Part shown: positions 1 through 11,839 of the stretch, in pieces | Layout of the letters: each line of letters opens with the position of its first letter | How positions within the stretch are numbered: position 1 is the stretch's first letter | Notes under the pieces: generated by a model | What the model saw: only the letters and a program-made list of their open reading frames with translations | Database searches by the model: none | Told to the model about the DNA's origin: nothing | From: Squalus acanthias | Lineage: Eukaryota | DNA length: 64,000 bases | NCBI GenBank assembly: GCA_030390025.1 | Contig: CM059432.1 | Coordinates: forward strand, 115,260,001 to 115,324,000 | Direction: 5' to 3' | Program-made: the position numbers and the translations under genes

Positions 1-708
1 AATCATCCAACCTGTCCAAATCATACTGGAGTTTCTCAGCATCCTCCTCATGGCACACACTCCCACCCAGCTTTGTGTCGTCTGCAAACTTGGAGATATT
101 ACATCCAATTCCCTCGTCTAGATCATTAATATATATTGTGAATAGCTGGGGTCCTAGGACCGATCCCTGCGGTACCCCACTAGTCACTGCCTGCCACTCG
201 GAAAAAGACCCATTTATTCCAACTCTTTGCTTTCTGTCTGCCAACCAGTTCTCTATCCAAGTCAATACCTTGCCCCCAATCCCATGTGCCTTAACTTTAC
301 ACGCTAATCTCTTATGCGGGACCTTATCGAAAGCCTTCTGAAAGTCCAAATACACCACATCCACTGGTTCTCCCTTATCTATTTTACCAGTTACATCCTC
401 AAAAAATTCCAGTAGATTAGTCAAGCACGATTTACCTTTTGTAAATCCATGTTGACTTTGTCCGATCCTGTCACTGTTTTCCAAGTGCTCTGCTATTACA
501 TCTTTTATAATGGACTCTAGCATTTTCCCCACTACCGATGTCAGGCTTACCAGTCTATAATTCCCCGTTTTCTCTCCACCACCTTTTTTGAATAGTGGGG
601 TAACATTAGCTACCCTCCAATCCATGGATACTGTTCCAGAGTCTATAGAATTTTGGAAAATGACCAGCAATGCATCTACTATTTCTAGGGCCACTTCCTT
701 AAGTACCC
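1..708 (-). mobile_element. CR1 LINE ORF2 (reverse transcriptase) fragment, continues off the left edge
   Basis: Minus-strand translation gives [21 protein letters not shown] and [10 protein letters not shown], the CR1 RT motifs. Confidence 0.92.
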
Positions 709-756
709 TAAGCCGCCTGGTTATTATCAGTAGTGTTCCAGCAGAGCATGCTCCAG

Positions 757-1062
757 ATTTTTTATTCATTCTTGGGAAGTGGATATCGCTGGCATTTGAT
801 GCCCATCCCTAGTCGCCCTGAGAAGGTGGTGATGAGTTCTCTTGAACCGCTGGGCAGCGGTTTGATACAACGGTGTAGCTTGCTAGGCCACTTCAGAGGG
901 CAGCTAAGAGTCAACCACGATGGTGTGGGTCTGGTGTCACATATAGGCCAGACTGGGTAAGGATGACAGGTTTCCTTCCCTAAAAGGACATTAGTGAACC
1001 AGTTGGGTTTTTACTACAATCAGATAGCTTCATGGTCACTTCTACGGATAGTGGCATTTTAT
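757..1062 (-). mobile_element. Non-autonomous SINE-like element: body of the tRNA-headed LINE joined to that LINE's 3' tail
   Basis: ~860-1040 is the reverse complement of ~41075-41260. ~757-850 matches the LINE tail at ~58428-58530 (gagaaggtggtg..cttcttgaaccgc). Confidence 0.75.
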
Positions 1063-3160
1063 TTCCGTGTTTTCTGTGCAGTGAACAGGTCATCGTCTGC
1101 TCTTTCATTTTTCCTGTAACAACAAGCACAGACCTTCCAACCCAAGGAAAATTTTATGAAAACTCAATTGCTGGGGATTCAGGGGCTGCTTTAGGCCCCC
1201 AGAAATTTGGGGACGTCACAATTTCTTCAGTTATTCTGCTTTGTAAAACAATATACCAGTAAACTAAACAGATAGGTGTATGTATATTAAAAAGTGTAAA
1301 TGATTGTCCTGAAATGAGGATGTATTGAAAAGTATTCAAGCCGAGATAGTTTGCTCTCAGGGTCTACCATGACTACTCAGCTACGAAGTGTGAGTAAGTT
1401 GCCCAGTCTGACTGCCTTTCCAAGGCTGGATTTACACTGCAACTTTGGGAACTCAAAACGTTGTCCTGAAGGAGCTTCAGTGTGATCAGTAGTCTCCTGA
1501 GTTACAATGGCACATTTGCATCGATGTGCACCACTTCGCAGTGGTGCGAAAGTTAAATGCAGCCTAATTTTATCTTCCTTACATGAGGAGCATCTGACCG
1601 CTCCTGGTGGTGGCACTGTTGAGACCAAGAACTCAGCATGTGGAGAATTAAAAGCTCAAACCATATATTAGTCTCTGCACCACCACATCAGTCAGTGTAC
1701 TGTCTGTTTCACATTATATGCTGTTAAATGTTCCTTCCTGTCATCTGATGCAGGGCCACACAAAAAAACCTCAGTGGTCCACATAATGGCACTGATAGTG
1801 GGTGATTCAAACCTCGATGGTGAATCTCCAGTGGGAAAACTCCTGAAAGTTTTATCTCATGCTGTGTTTTTTTTAAATTAATACTGTTTTTGAAGTGCGT
1901 TGAAGGCTGTAAAACACTCTCAGTGTTCAGAAGACCGTGAAGAAAGCTTCTAACTGAATCCCAGTCATCGCTTATTCTCCCTAAATATACAGTAATCCTT
2001 AAACCATAAAGTGACAGCATTTGTTGTGCTATCCATTTGCCATTCCCATTTGACAAGTAAGGCCTAAAGAGGCGTGAAAAAACTACTCTAGAGGTTTGAT
2101 ACTCAGCTGTTATAATGGAAGTGCAGTTCATTCAAATTGCCATCAGTTACACGATACAGAATCACAGTGTCACAGCCAATCACTCTTGCAGAGTCCAGTA
2201 TGGAATAATGACATGAATAGAGTTGTCATCCTGTAATATCACATGGCACTCGGACCAAAAAATGAAAAATAGCAGGTGGTGTTCAAAAGAGGGAGTCCTG
2301 AGATGGTAAGAGAGCTTGGCAATGGTACTGATAACCTGGTTCAAATCAATAGTTAACAACAACAACTTATATTTATATAGTGCCTTTGACGTAATAAAAC
2401 GTCCCAAACACTTCACAGGAGTGTTATAAAAAAAAACGAGCCATATAAGGAGATGTTAGGGCAGATGACCAAAAGCTTGATCGAAGAGGTAGGTTTTAAG
2501 GAGCATCTTAAAGAGGAAAGAGCAGTGGAGCGGCGGCAAGATTTAGGCAGGGAATTCCAGAGCTTAGGGCCTAGGCAGCTGAAGGCACAACCGTCAATGG
2601 TGGAGCGATTAAAATCGGGGATGTTCAAAAGGTCAGAACAGGCGGAGAGTAGAGGTCTAGAGGGATTATGGGGCTGGAGGAGATAACAGAGATAAGGAGG
2701 GGCGAGGCCATGGAGGGATTTGAAAACATGGATGAAAATTTTAAAATTGAGGCGTTGCTTAACTGGGAGCCAATGTAGGTCAGCAAGCACAGGGTGCTGG
2801 GTGAATGGGACTTGGTGCGAGTTAGGACACGGGCAGCAGAGTTTTGGATGACCTCAAGTTTATGGAGGGTAGAACTAGGGAGGTCGGCCAGGAGTGCATT
2901 GGAATAGTCAAGTCTAGAGGTGATAAAGGCATGGATGATGGTTTCAGCAGCAGATGAGTTGAAGTAAGGGCGAGACAGGCTATATTACAAAGGTGGAAAT
3001 GGGCAGTCTTAGTGATAGAACGGATATGAGGTAGCAAGCTCAATTCATGATCAAATATGACACCAAGGTTGCGAACAGCATTGGTATCATATTTAGACAT
3101 TTGCTGGGGAGAGAGATCAAATCCGTGGAAAGGGAACGGAGTTTGCGAACCGAAGACAAT

Positions 3161-3424
3161 GGGCTGGATTTTGTCTTGGGGTCAGGTTGGGGTCGTGTAA
3201 TCCGCATTTCGTGTTTCCCCCCCGACTCCAGATTAATGTGGATGCCTGATGCAATTTTCACTTAATTGGGCAATTGAGTTCCAGCATGTGGGAACCCATG
3301 AACCAATTAGTGGTTTCAGTCTGAAAGTCGCCTCTGACTGCTGACTGCCTAGTCTCAGAGACTGTTGGTGAGAGAGGACCTGCCTGGCTTGCTTTTGATG
3401 TGAGTGGACCTGGATGCAAAATAT

Positions 3425-3464
<40 letters not shown>

Positions 3465-4037
3465 AGGAGGAGGGAAGGAGAGAGATGGAGAGAGAGAGAG
3501 AGAGAGGGAGAGGGAGAGGGAGAGGGAGAGGGAGAGGGAGAGGGAGAGGGAGAGGGAGAGGGAGAGAGAGAGAGAGAATGAATTTTTTTTTGCATCCAAG
3601 TCCTTTCACAGCAAAGGCCAGGCAGTCTCTGAACACATTCAATGCAGCAGCGGCGACTTTCAGACCTAATACTACTACTACCTTCATCACATCTCCGTTG
3701 TAATAGTGGACCTGCAGCTGATTGTCAGCTATCCACTTGTGCTCCCGCCAGGTTTCACTGGAGTGTTTCACACCAGGCGTACTCACATCAGAAAAGGGTT
3801 AAACTAGCTAAAACGTTTCAAAATGGCATTATAGAGCTGATTTAGAGCTTGTTAAGGGCTTTAATGGCCTCTGCCGCCTCTTGGAGGCGGGACGGAGTCG
3901 GGAACCCCGCGACTGATTTTGTCAAAATTGCGTGGAGGCGGGATGGAGTCGGGATGGGGTCGGAAACCCCGACCCCGCAAATTTAACCCCCCACACGCCT
4001 CCAAACCCGACTCCATGGGTCATTCAAAATCCAGCCC
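3161..4037. mobile_element. PIF/Harbinger-type MITE inserted in L2
   Basis: Perfect 13-bp TIR GGGCTGGATTTTG / CAAAATCCAGCCC; 3-bp TSD AAT on both sides. Confidence 0.9.
3425..3577 (+). repeat. Near-homopurine tract: poly-G (~39 nt), (GA)n and (GAGAGG)n
   Basis: Read directly from the sequence; source of the low-complexity ORFs at 3233-3786. Confidence 0.95.
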
Positions 4038-4609
4038 AATGGCTCTGGTCTTCCTGATACTTAATTGGAGGAAATTTCTACTCAAGGCCTATTTAGAAAG
4101 GTAAAACGTGATCTTACATTCATTTCCCATTATAAGCTACTTGAACTAGTTCTGAATCAGTGCAAGTGTAACCAAAACCCACCCCTGAGGTAGATCCCAT
4201 TGTTAGAGCCAATTTGGAAGCGAACAGATAGTTGCAATAGGACATGCAGACATGAATCTCCGCAGATTCATTCCGTTGATTGCTGTTGTTTCTCACCCCT
4301 TCTCCCTCCTTCCATCCCACTATTGCACATTCCTCTATTGAACAACAAAAGAAAATTTTGCTTTGAAAATAATAGCTCAGTATATGCATGCATGTGAAGA
4401 TTTAATTTTTTTAAATCAAGATAAATACAAGAACTTTTTGGAGCTGCCCAGCTGTGTCAGTGATGTAACTAGACTGAAGTTGCACACACATTCAAATGCT
4501 GAGCCTCAAGTACAACATGAAGGTTCCAGCATTAAATTGCTACTGGACTGGCTCAGCTCTTCCCATTTCTGCACCAACTCAAAATGATTTTGCTGCCAAT
4601 AAAGTCCCA

Positions 4610-6385
4610 GAAAATAAGAAGGGCAAAGAGAGGGTATGAGAATAGAATGGCAGCTAACATAAAAGTTAATCCAAAAGTCTTCTATAGGCATATAAATAGT
4701 AAATAGGTAGTAAGAGGAGGGGTGGGGCCGATTAGGGACCAAAAAGGAGACCTACGCGTGGAGGCAGAGAGTATGGTTGAGGTATTAATGAGTACTTTGC
4801 ATCTGTCTTCACCAAGGAAGAAGATGCTGCCATAGACATAGTGAAGGAGGAGGTAGAGGAGATACTGGATGGGATAAGAATTGATAAAGAGGAGGTACTA
4901 CAAAGGCTGGCTGTACTTAAAGTTGATAAGTCACCAGGACAGGATGGGATGCATCCTAGGATGCTGAGGGAGGTGAAGGAAGAAATCGCGGAGGTACTGG
5001 CCATAATCTTCCAATCCTCCTTAGAAATGGGGGTGGTGCCAAAGGACTGGCGAATTGCAAATGTTACACCCTTGTTCAAAAAAGGGTGTAAAGATAAACC
5101 CAGCAACTACAGGCCAGTCAGTTTAACCTCGATAGTGGGGAAGCTTTTAGAAACAATAACCAGGGACAAAATTAACAGTCACTTGGACAAGTCTGGATTA
5201 ATTAAGGAAAGCCAGCACATATTTGTTAAAGGCAATTCGTGTTTAACCAACTTGATCGAGTTTTTTGATGAGGTAACAGAGAGGGTTGCTGAGGGCAATG
5301 CGGTTGACGGGATGTACATGGATTTCCAAAGGCATTCGTCAAAGTGCCACATAATAGTGTCAGCAAAGTTGAAGCCCATGGAATAAAAGGGACAGTGGCA
5401 GTATGGAAACGAAATTGGCTGAGTGACAGGAAACAGAGAGTAGTGGTGAACGGTTGTTTTTCGGACTGGAGGAAGGTATACTGTGGTGTTCCCCAGGGGT
5501 CGATTCCAGGACCACTGCTTTTCTTGATATATTTAATGGATGTGGGTGTACAGGGCACAATTTCAAAATTTTCAGATGACACAAAACTTGGAAGTATAGT
5601 GAGGAGGATAGTGATAGATTTCAGGACGACATAGACAGGCTGGTGGAATGGGCAGACACGTGGCAGATAAAATTTAACGCAGAAAAGTGCGAAGTGATAC
5701 ATTTTGGTAGAAAGAATGAGGAGAGGAAATATAAACTAAAGGGTACAATCCTAAAGGGGGTGCACGAACAGAGAGAGCTAGGGGTATATGTGCACAAATC
5801 GTTGAAGGTGGCAGGGCAGGTTGAGAAAGCAGTTAAAATTGCATACGGGATCCTGGGCTTCATGAATAGAAGTATAGAGTACAAAACCGCGGAAATTATG
5901 ATGAACCTGTATAAAACAGTGGTTTGGCCTCAACTGGAGTATTGTGTCCAATTCTGGGCACCGCACATTAGGAAGGATGTGAAGGCCTTAGAGAGGGTGC
6001 AGAAAAGATTTACAAGAATGATTCCAGGGATGAGGGACTTCAGTTACGTGGATAGACTGGAGAAGCTGGGGTTGTTCTCCTTAGAGCAGAGAAGATTGAG
6101 AGGAGATTTGATAGAGGTGTTCAAAATCATGAGGGTTCTGGACAGAGTAGATAGAGAGAAACTATTCCCATTGACAGAAGGATCGAGAACCAGAGGACAC
6201 AGATTTAAGGTAATTGGCAGAAGAACCAAAGGCAACATGAGGAAAAACTTTATTACTCAGTGAGTGGTTAGGATCTGGAATGCAATGCCTGAAAGGATGG
6301 TGGAGGTAGACTCAATCACGGCTTTCAAAAGAGAGTTGGATAATTACCTGAAGGAAAAAAATTTGCAGGGTTATGGGGAAAGGGC
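4610..6385 (+). mobile_element. CR1 LINE, 5'-truncated, frameshifted ORF2
   Basis: ORFs 4841-5386 (KSPGQDGMHPR, NYRPVSLTS), 5344-5634 (GVPQGS, FSDDTKL) and 5643-6263 (LEYCVQFW, RGDLIEVFK, TRGH). Confidence 0.95.
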
Positions 6386-7676
6386 ACCTTCAACAGAGGT
6401 GAAAACCTCGTTTCTTGGGAGTACCCAGTAGCAATATTGCTGCAAAAGTCAGATTTCTATTGATTGGTAATATGCCAATTTCCTAAATCTAATATATTTA
6501 CTGCCAAAATACTGTTCCACGCCAACTAATTATTATTATAATAAAATATTAATGCTTATTAATTGAACTGAGCTTCCCCAACATTTTTGTGACAGGTATC
6601 TGGATTGTAAAACTGGGCCTTCAGGGTAGAAATGGCCTTACAAAATTCAAAGCAATTATGTTTTTGCCACAATGCACTTTAAACAGAATTCTGCCTAACT
6701 TGTTTTAGTGCAGAAGTTGAGGGGGGAAAATTTGTTCGTCCCCGAAAATGGCCACGCAGGCGGCGCAGGGAACAATCCCGTCGCCTGAAAGGGTAGGCCC
6801 CGAGGCAGCGGCCAGCATGGTATGAATGTGGAGCTGGGAGGGACACTCCCACTCCTCCCGGCTCCACATTCAGTTAAGTATATTTAAAATGTTACCTTTT
6901 TGGCGGTGGCCTTCAGGGGTCCTTTTAAGGACTACCTGTTAGGCCGCATGTAGGCCGGCACCGACTGTGTTCAAGTCAACCCAGTATTGCAAAGGGGGCC
7001 TCAAACAGGTGTTAGACTCCTTCATTTTTGTTTTGTCTAGATTTTTTTTTCCTCTCAACATCTTCCAAGTAAAATTTAACATTCAAAAAACAAGTATGTC
7101 ATAATTAATTAACAATTAGTTTCATCAGCAACAGAATGTTTTGGCCTCGATATTGTACACTGAAAAATGGTTTACTTCACCTACAAAAATAATGGGCTTC
7201 CCTTCAGAATATACTACCTTACAGTCCTTTCAATTAGATCAAATCAGAAATCTTTAAACTCTGTGATGCTGCAGTTAAAGGTAAAAACAAAGGTAGCATT
7301 TATCAAGGACGAAAATCGTGCCAAGATAAGCAGGCAGACTTACAAAGTGCTGATGTAATGTCCTACAGATTAATAATCTGGTAAATAATAAGGTAAAAAT
7401 TCCACTGCGTCCACTCCTCACACATGCCAGGACTGCATATCATGAATTTATGCACTCCCAGCCTACGATTTCACATTCATTAATGTTAATGTTTTGCAAT
7501 TTGCATTCCCAGTACGTGTGGGGAGCAAATACTGAAAGTTCTACCCCAATGTTGCTTTAAGAATGTTTGGATTGCTATATCCTGTTTAGTTGTTATTTAG
7601 CTATATGCTTCACTGAAATACTTAAAACAGATGGTACAGGTTAGAACCAGTTAAACAGGCATAGAGCAAAACATCC

Positions 7677-8430
7677 ATAGAATTATGTAGAATCTACAGC
7701 ACAGAACAGGCCATTAGCCAACCAGTCTAAAGAAAGAAAGACTTGCATTTATATAGCGCCTTTCACGATCACCGGACGTCCCAAAGTGTTTTACAGCCAA
7801 TGAAGTACTTTTGGAGTGTAGTCACTGTTGTAATGTAGGAAATGCGGCAGCCAATTTGCACACAGCAAGCTCCCACAAACAGCAATGTGATAATGACCAG
7901 ATAATCTGTTTTTAGTGATGTTGATTCAGGGATAAATATTGGCCAGGACACCGGGGTTAACTCCCCTGCTCTTCTTCGAAATAGTGCCATGGGATCTCTC
8001 GTATCCACCTGAGGGAGCAGACAGGGCCTCGGTTTAACGTTTCATTCAAAAGACAGCACCTCCAACAGTGCAACACTGACACTGGAGTATCAGCCTATGA
8101 TTTATTGTGCTCACATCTCTGGAGCGGGACTTGAACCCACAACCTTCTGACTCAGAGGCGAGTGTGCTACCAACTGAGCCACAGCTGACAAGTTAAATAT
8201 AGTCTATGCCAGTCTTTATAGTTCACACGAGCCTCCACCCACTCTAATGCCTCTTCCCACCTTTCCCCAATATCCTTCTGTTCCCTTTTCCATCATGTAT
8301 GTATCAAACATAAGTGCAAGGCTTTCTTTCTTTATCTTTTTCTTTCCTCCCCTTAAATGTGTCAATGCTATCTGCTATAACCACTCCAAATCACAGCGAG
8401 TGCCACAATATCACCATTCACTGTGTGTGA
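7677..8430 (-). mobile_element. Degenerate CR1 3' end/UTR interrupted by a SINE
   Basis: Tail (atagaattatgtagaatctacagcacagaacaggcc) continues after 8200 (..gttcacacgagcctcc), homologous to 28744-29008. Confidence 0.7.
7730..8200 (-). mobile_element. SacSINE1/DeuSINE-like tRNA-derived SINE, full length
   Basis: Reverse complement of 43034-43503: tRNA-like head, Deu-like core (GATCCCATGGCACTATTTCGAAGAAGAGCAGGGG), L2-like tail with (CTTT)n; probable TSD AGTCTA. Confidence 0.9.
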
Positions 8431-8493
8431 ACAATAGAATAGGCATTATAGCCAATGTGTAGTTCTAGCTCTGGGTTTTATGCCTGAAATAAT

Positions 8494-10334
8494 GGCCTCG
8501 ATACTAACCCCACATGACGGACGGGAGGGGGTTGGAGGGGGATAAAAAGTGAAATACGCAGAACACGACCCCAACCCACCACGCACGTGCCCGCCGCCTT
8601 TTTTATGTCGGTAGAATCGTAGAATCCTTACAGCACAGTGGGACGTCGTTTGACCCGTCGAGCCCGTGCCGGCTCTCTGTAAGAGCGCTTCAGCTAGTCC
8701 CACTCCCCTGCCCTTTCCCCGTAGCCCTGCAAATTATTTTCCTTCAGGTAATTATCTAATTCCCTTTTGAAAGCCGTGATTGAATCTGCCTCCACCACCC
8801 TTTCAGGCAGTGCATTCCAGATCCTAACCACTCGATAAGTAAAAAAGTTTTTCCTCATGTCGCCTTTGGATCTTCTGCCAATCACCTTAAATCGGTGTCC
8901 TCTGGTTCTCGACTCTTCCGCCAATGGGAACAGTTTCTCTCTATCTACTTTGTCTAGACCCCTCATAATTTTGAACACCTCTATCAAATCACCTCTCAAT
9001 CTTCTCTGCTCTCAGGAGAACAACCCCAGCTTCTCCAGTCTATCCACATAACTGAAGTCCCTCATTCCTGGAACCATTCTTGTAAATCTTTTCTGTACCT
9101 TCTCTGAGGCCTTCACATCCTTCCTAAAGTGCGGTGCCTGGAATTGGACACAATACTCCAGTTGTGGCAGAACCTGTGTTTTATAAAGGTTCATCATAAC
9201 TTCCTTGCTTTTGTATTCTATACCTCTATTTATAAAACTCATGATCCCATATGCTTTTTTAACCGCTTTCTCAACCTGCCCTGCCACCTTCAACGATTTG
9301 TGTACATACACCCCCAGGCCTCTCTGTTCCTGCACCCCCTTTAGAATTGTACCCTTTAGTTTATATTGCCTCTCCTCGTTCTTCCTACCAAAATGTATCA
9401 CTTCGCACTTTTCTGCATTAAACGCCATCTGCCACGTGTCCGCCCATTCCACCAGCCTGTCTATGTCCTCTCGAAGTCTAACCCTATCCGCTTCACTGTT
9501 CACTATACTTCCAAGTTTTGTGTCTTCCGTAAATTCGAAATTGTGCCCTGTACACCCAAGGCTAAGTCATTAATATATATCAAGAAAAGCAGTGAACCTT
9601 GTACCGACCCCTGGGGAACACCACTGTGTACCTTCCTCCAGTCCGAAAAACAACTGTTCACCGCTACTCTCTGTTTCCTGTCACTTAGCCAATTTCGTAT
9701 CCATGCTGCCACTGTCCCTTTTATTCCATGGGCTTCAAATGTGCTGGCAAGCCTATTATGTGGGCTCCGAGTGTCCCACCATGGAGAGGTGCGACACTTA
9801 ACTAACATATTTAAATCGTGCTCCCACAGTGCATTTGGGAGTCCGTTTGAAATTTACTGTTGTTGCACAGATTCCCAGGGGTTGGCAAACTCAGCAGTGA
9901 ATTGAAGACGGGAGCTGCCTGCTCCACAGGGGTAAGCGCCTATTTCTTCACTCCTTGTGGGCCAGGAGGAACAAGAATGTTCCCTCCAGCCCCTCAAGGA
10001 AGCCTTCAGGCTCCCCCAGTCCCAATCTCAAACCTCCTCCCCGCCGCCCCCTCCCAATATCAGATTGTGGGCCTCTCTGCCCCCCTCCCGATTGTCAAGG
10101 ACCGTCCTCAAGGGTCCTTGGCTGCAGCCTCCTGCCCCTGGCGTTCCCTCCCACCCATGGCCAGGCTGTCTATTTAACCAGCTGTCAGGCGGGAAACAGA
10201 ACTAAAAAATATTAACAAGATCCTGCCATTGCCGTTAAGATCGACAGCACCTCCATGTCCCTGGCCTTGCCGGGTTCTTCAGCCGTTTTTAGCCTCACCC
10301 GCACCCTCACTGCCTCCCCGTAAATATCGGGGCC
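8494..10334. mobile_element. Harbinger-type MITE split by a CR1 insertion
   Basis: Imperfect TIRs GGCCTCGATA / TATCGGGGCC; flanks AAT / AGT (one mismatch); GC-rich arms. Confidence 0.7.
8612..9762 (-). mobile_element. CR1 LINE 3' fragment (same subfamily as 4610-6385)
   Basis: ORFs 8694-8999, 9012-9503 and 9503-9808 are CR1 RT/C-terminus; (TAGAATC)-type tail; TTATGT[C/G]GG at both junctions. Confidence 0.95.
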
Positions 10335-11165
10335 AGTGATTGTGAAGCTATATTCTATTAGAGGGGTTTAGACGCAATCACAAACCAAGAGAGTATGTGC
10401 CTGAGGAGTTTGTTAGTCATCTGAACCCAGAGACTAGAGAACAGCTTTGAAGTCACTCCCTAGCATCTTGCCTTTTTTTTTTAAGAATCTATTTTCAGTC
10501 GTAAATGGGGATCAAAGGTATCATATTTTTAGTCAGTTATGTACTGGGAGTGGCTATCAGCATGCATGCCACCTGTCAGTGTATTTCAGTGTACTCCCGG
10601 TCCTTGAAGTGCAAGGACGATCGCCGAAGGGGATTCATGGCTTGTGACATCAGCACCACAGGCTTACTCACAGCCAACCTATGGCTGACTTCAAGGAAAT
10701 TCTACCTCAAGTAAATACTCGAACAAAGCCACCACAAAATAAAGGCTTTCTTCATGGCAAATTGCAGGTAAGAATGAAAAATGTTCAAGAATCTGTACAA
10801 AATTAGTGAGCTCCTAGTTATCTGCAGTCCCCACCACTTACACCGTTCACTTGTATCATGGACAGCTGCCTATATCGACACTATGCCGATATTCCACTTG
10901 TCATTATCATAGGAGTCAATTATAAAAGGTGCCGCTTATAACGTATTAAACTTGCCAACTATTTTGGGCAGCAGTTTGCACCTCATTAAAATCCTGTACT
11001 TTCCGATTTAAAAAGCTCTGCTAATTTCAGGCAAAATCAGGTCTTCAAGCAGATTCAATCAGTTATACAAAAGCAAAATACTGCGGATGCTGGAAATCTG
11101 AAATAAAAACAGAAAATGCTGGAAATGCTCAGCAGGTCAGGCAGCATCTGTGGAGAGAGAAACAG

Positions 11166-11201
11166 AGTTAACGTTTCAGGTCGATGACCCTTCGTCAGAA
11201 C
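11166..11201 (-). ncRNA. Minimal hammerhead ribozyme motif (Penelope-type)
   Basis: Minus strand reads GTT-CTGACGA-A-GGGTC-ATC-GACCT-GAAA-CGTT-AACT. Confidence 0.7.
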
Positions 11202-11237
11202 AGCTGACGAAAGGTCATCGACCTGAAACGTTGACTC
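11202..11237 (+). ncRNA. Hammerhead core with a truncated stem I
   Basis: CTGACGA-A-AGGTC-ATC-GACCT-GAAA-CGTT-GACT. Confidence 0.55.
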
Positions 11238-11545
11238 TGTTTCTCTCTCCACAGATGCTGCCTGACCTGCTGAGTATTTCCAGATTCAATCAGTTGTTCA
11301 CACCTCATTAAAGTAAGATTACCTTAGTGATGAGATTCTTAGCATTGCAGAGGCAGTTGCTAAATGGAGACTTCAGGCGTTCTGCACCAAACCTGTCTTT
11401 TTATATGTTGGTTATGTTCGATTTTATCATCCACCACGCACAGCGAGTTAATTAACACCGCTGTAAGTGATGGGGGCCATGCTTAAAATATCAAAACATC
11501 AATTTCCTGTTAACTACCCACAAACTGAAAATAAAAAGCCATTTT

Positions 11546-11640
11546 TACAAAAGCAAAATACTGCAATGCTGGAAATCTGAAATAAAAACAGAAAATACTG
11601 GGAAATGCTCACCAGGTCGGGCAGCATCCGTGAAAAGAGA
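11546..11640 (-). mobile_element. Short Penelope 3'-end insertion
   Basis: Matches 11065-11160; flanked by GCCATTTT (11538-11545, 11644-11651). Confidence 0.8.
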
Positions 11641-11839
11641 AAGGCCATTTTCCTTTGTTCTCAAGATGTGTGTGATGCTGACGTTTATTGCCCATCCCCA
11701 GTTGCCCTGAGACAATGGTGGTGGGCCTTTCTTTTGAACCTGCAACAGCCCTTGTGGTGATGGTGCTCCCATGCTAGCATTATGGGTACAGTAGTGCAGT
11801 ATAGTGATTGCAGTACTAGACTAGTAAACCAGAGACTGA

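Larger units (their letters stand above)
2355..4083 (-). mobile_element. L2 LINE 3' fragment, split by a MITE at 3161-4037
   Basis: ORF 2413-2790 has LADLHWLPVKQRLNFKI..KSLHGLAPPYL..LWNSLP (L2 C-terminus). VRNLGVIFD in 2822-3100. (TTG)n tail at 2355. L2 sequence resumes after 4040. Confidence 0.9.
11065..11280. mobile_element. Fold-back (inverted) Penelope-end insertion
   Basis: 15-bp TSD CAGATTCAATCAGTT (11050-11064, 11281-11295); ~80-bp inverted arms centred at ~11201, homologous to Penelope ends at 16725-16825 and 57909-58043. Confidence 0.9.

Noticed and set aside
1377..2131. Minus ORFs of 83 and 135 aa in unique sequence
   Set aside because: No recognisable domain or convincing splice sites; lengths compatible with chance
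3233..3786. Pro/Ser/Leu/Glu-Arg-rich ORFs
   Set aside because: Translations of poly-G and (GA)n repeats inside a MITE
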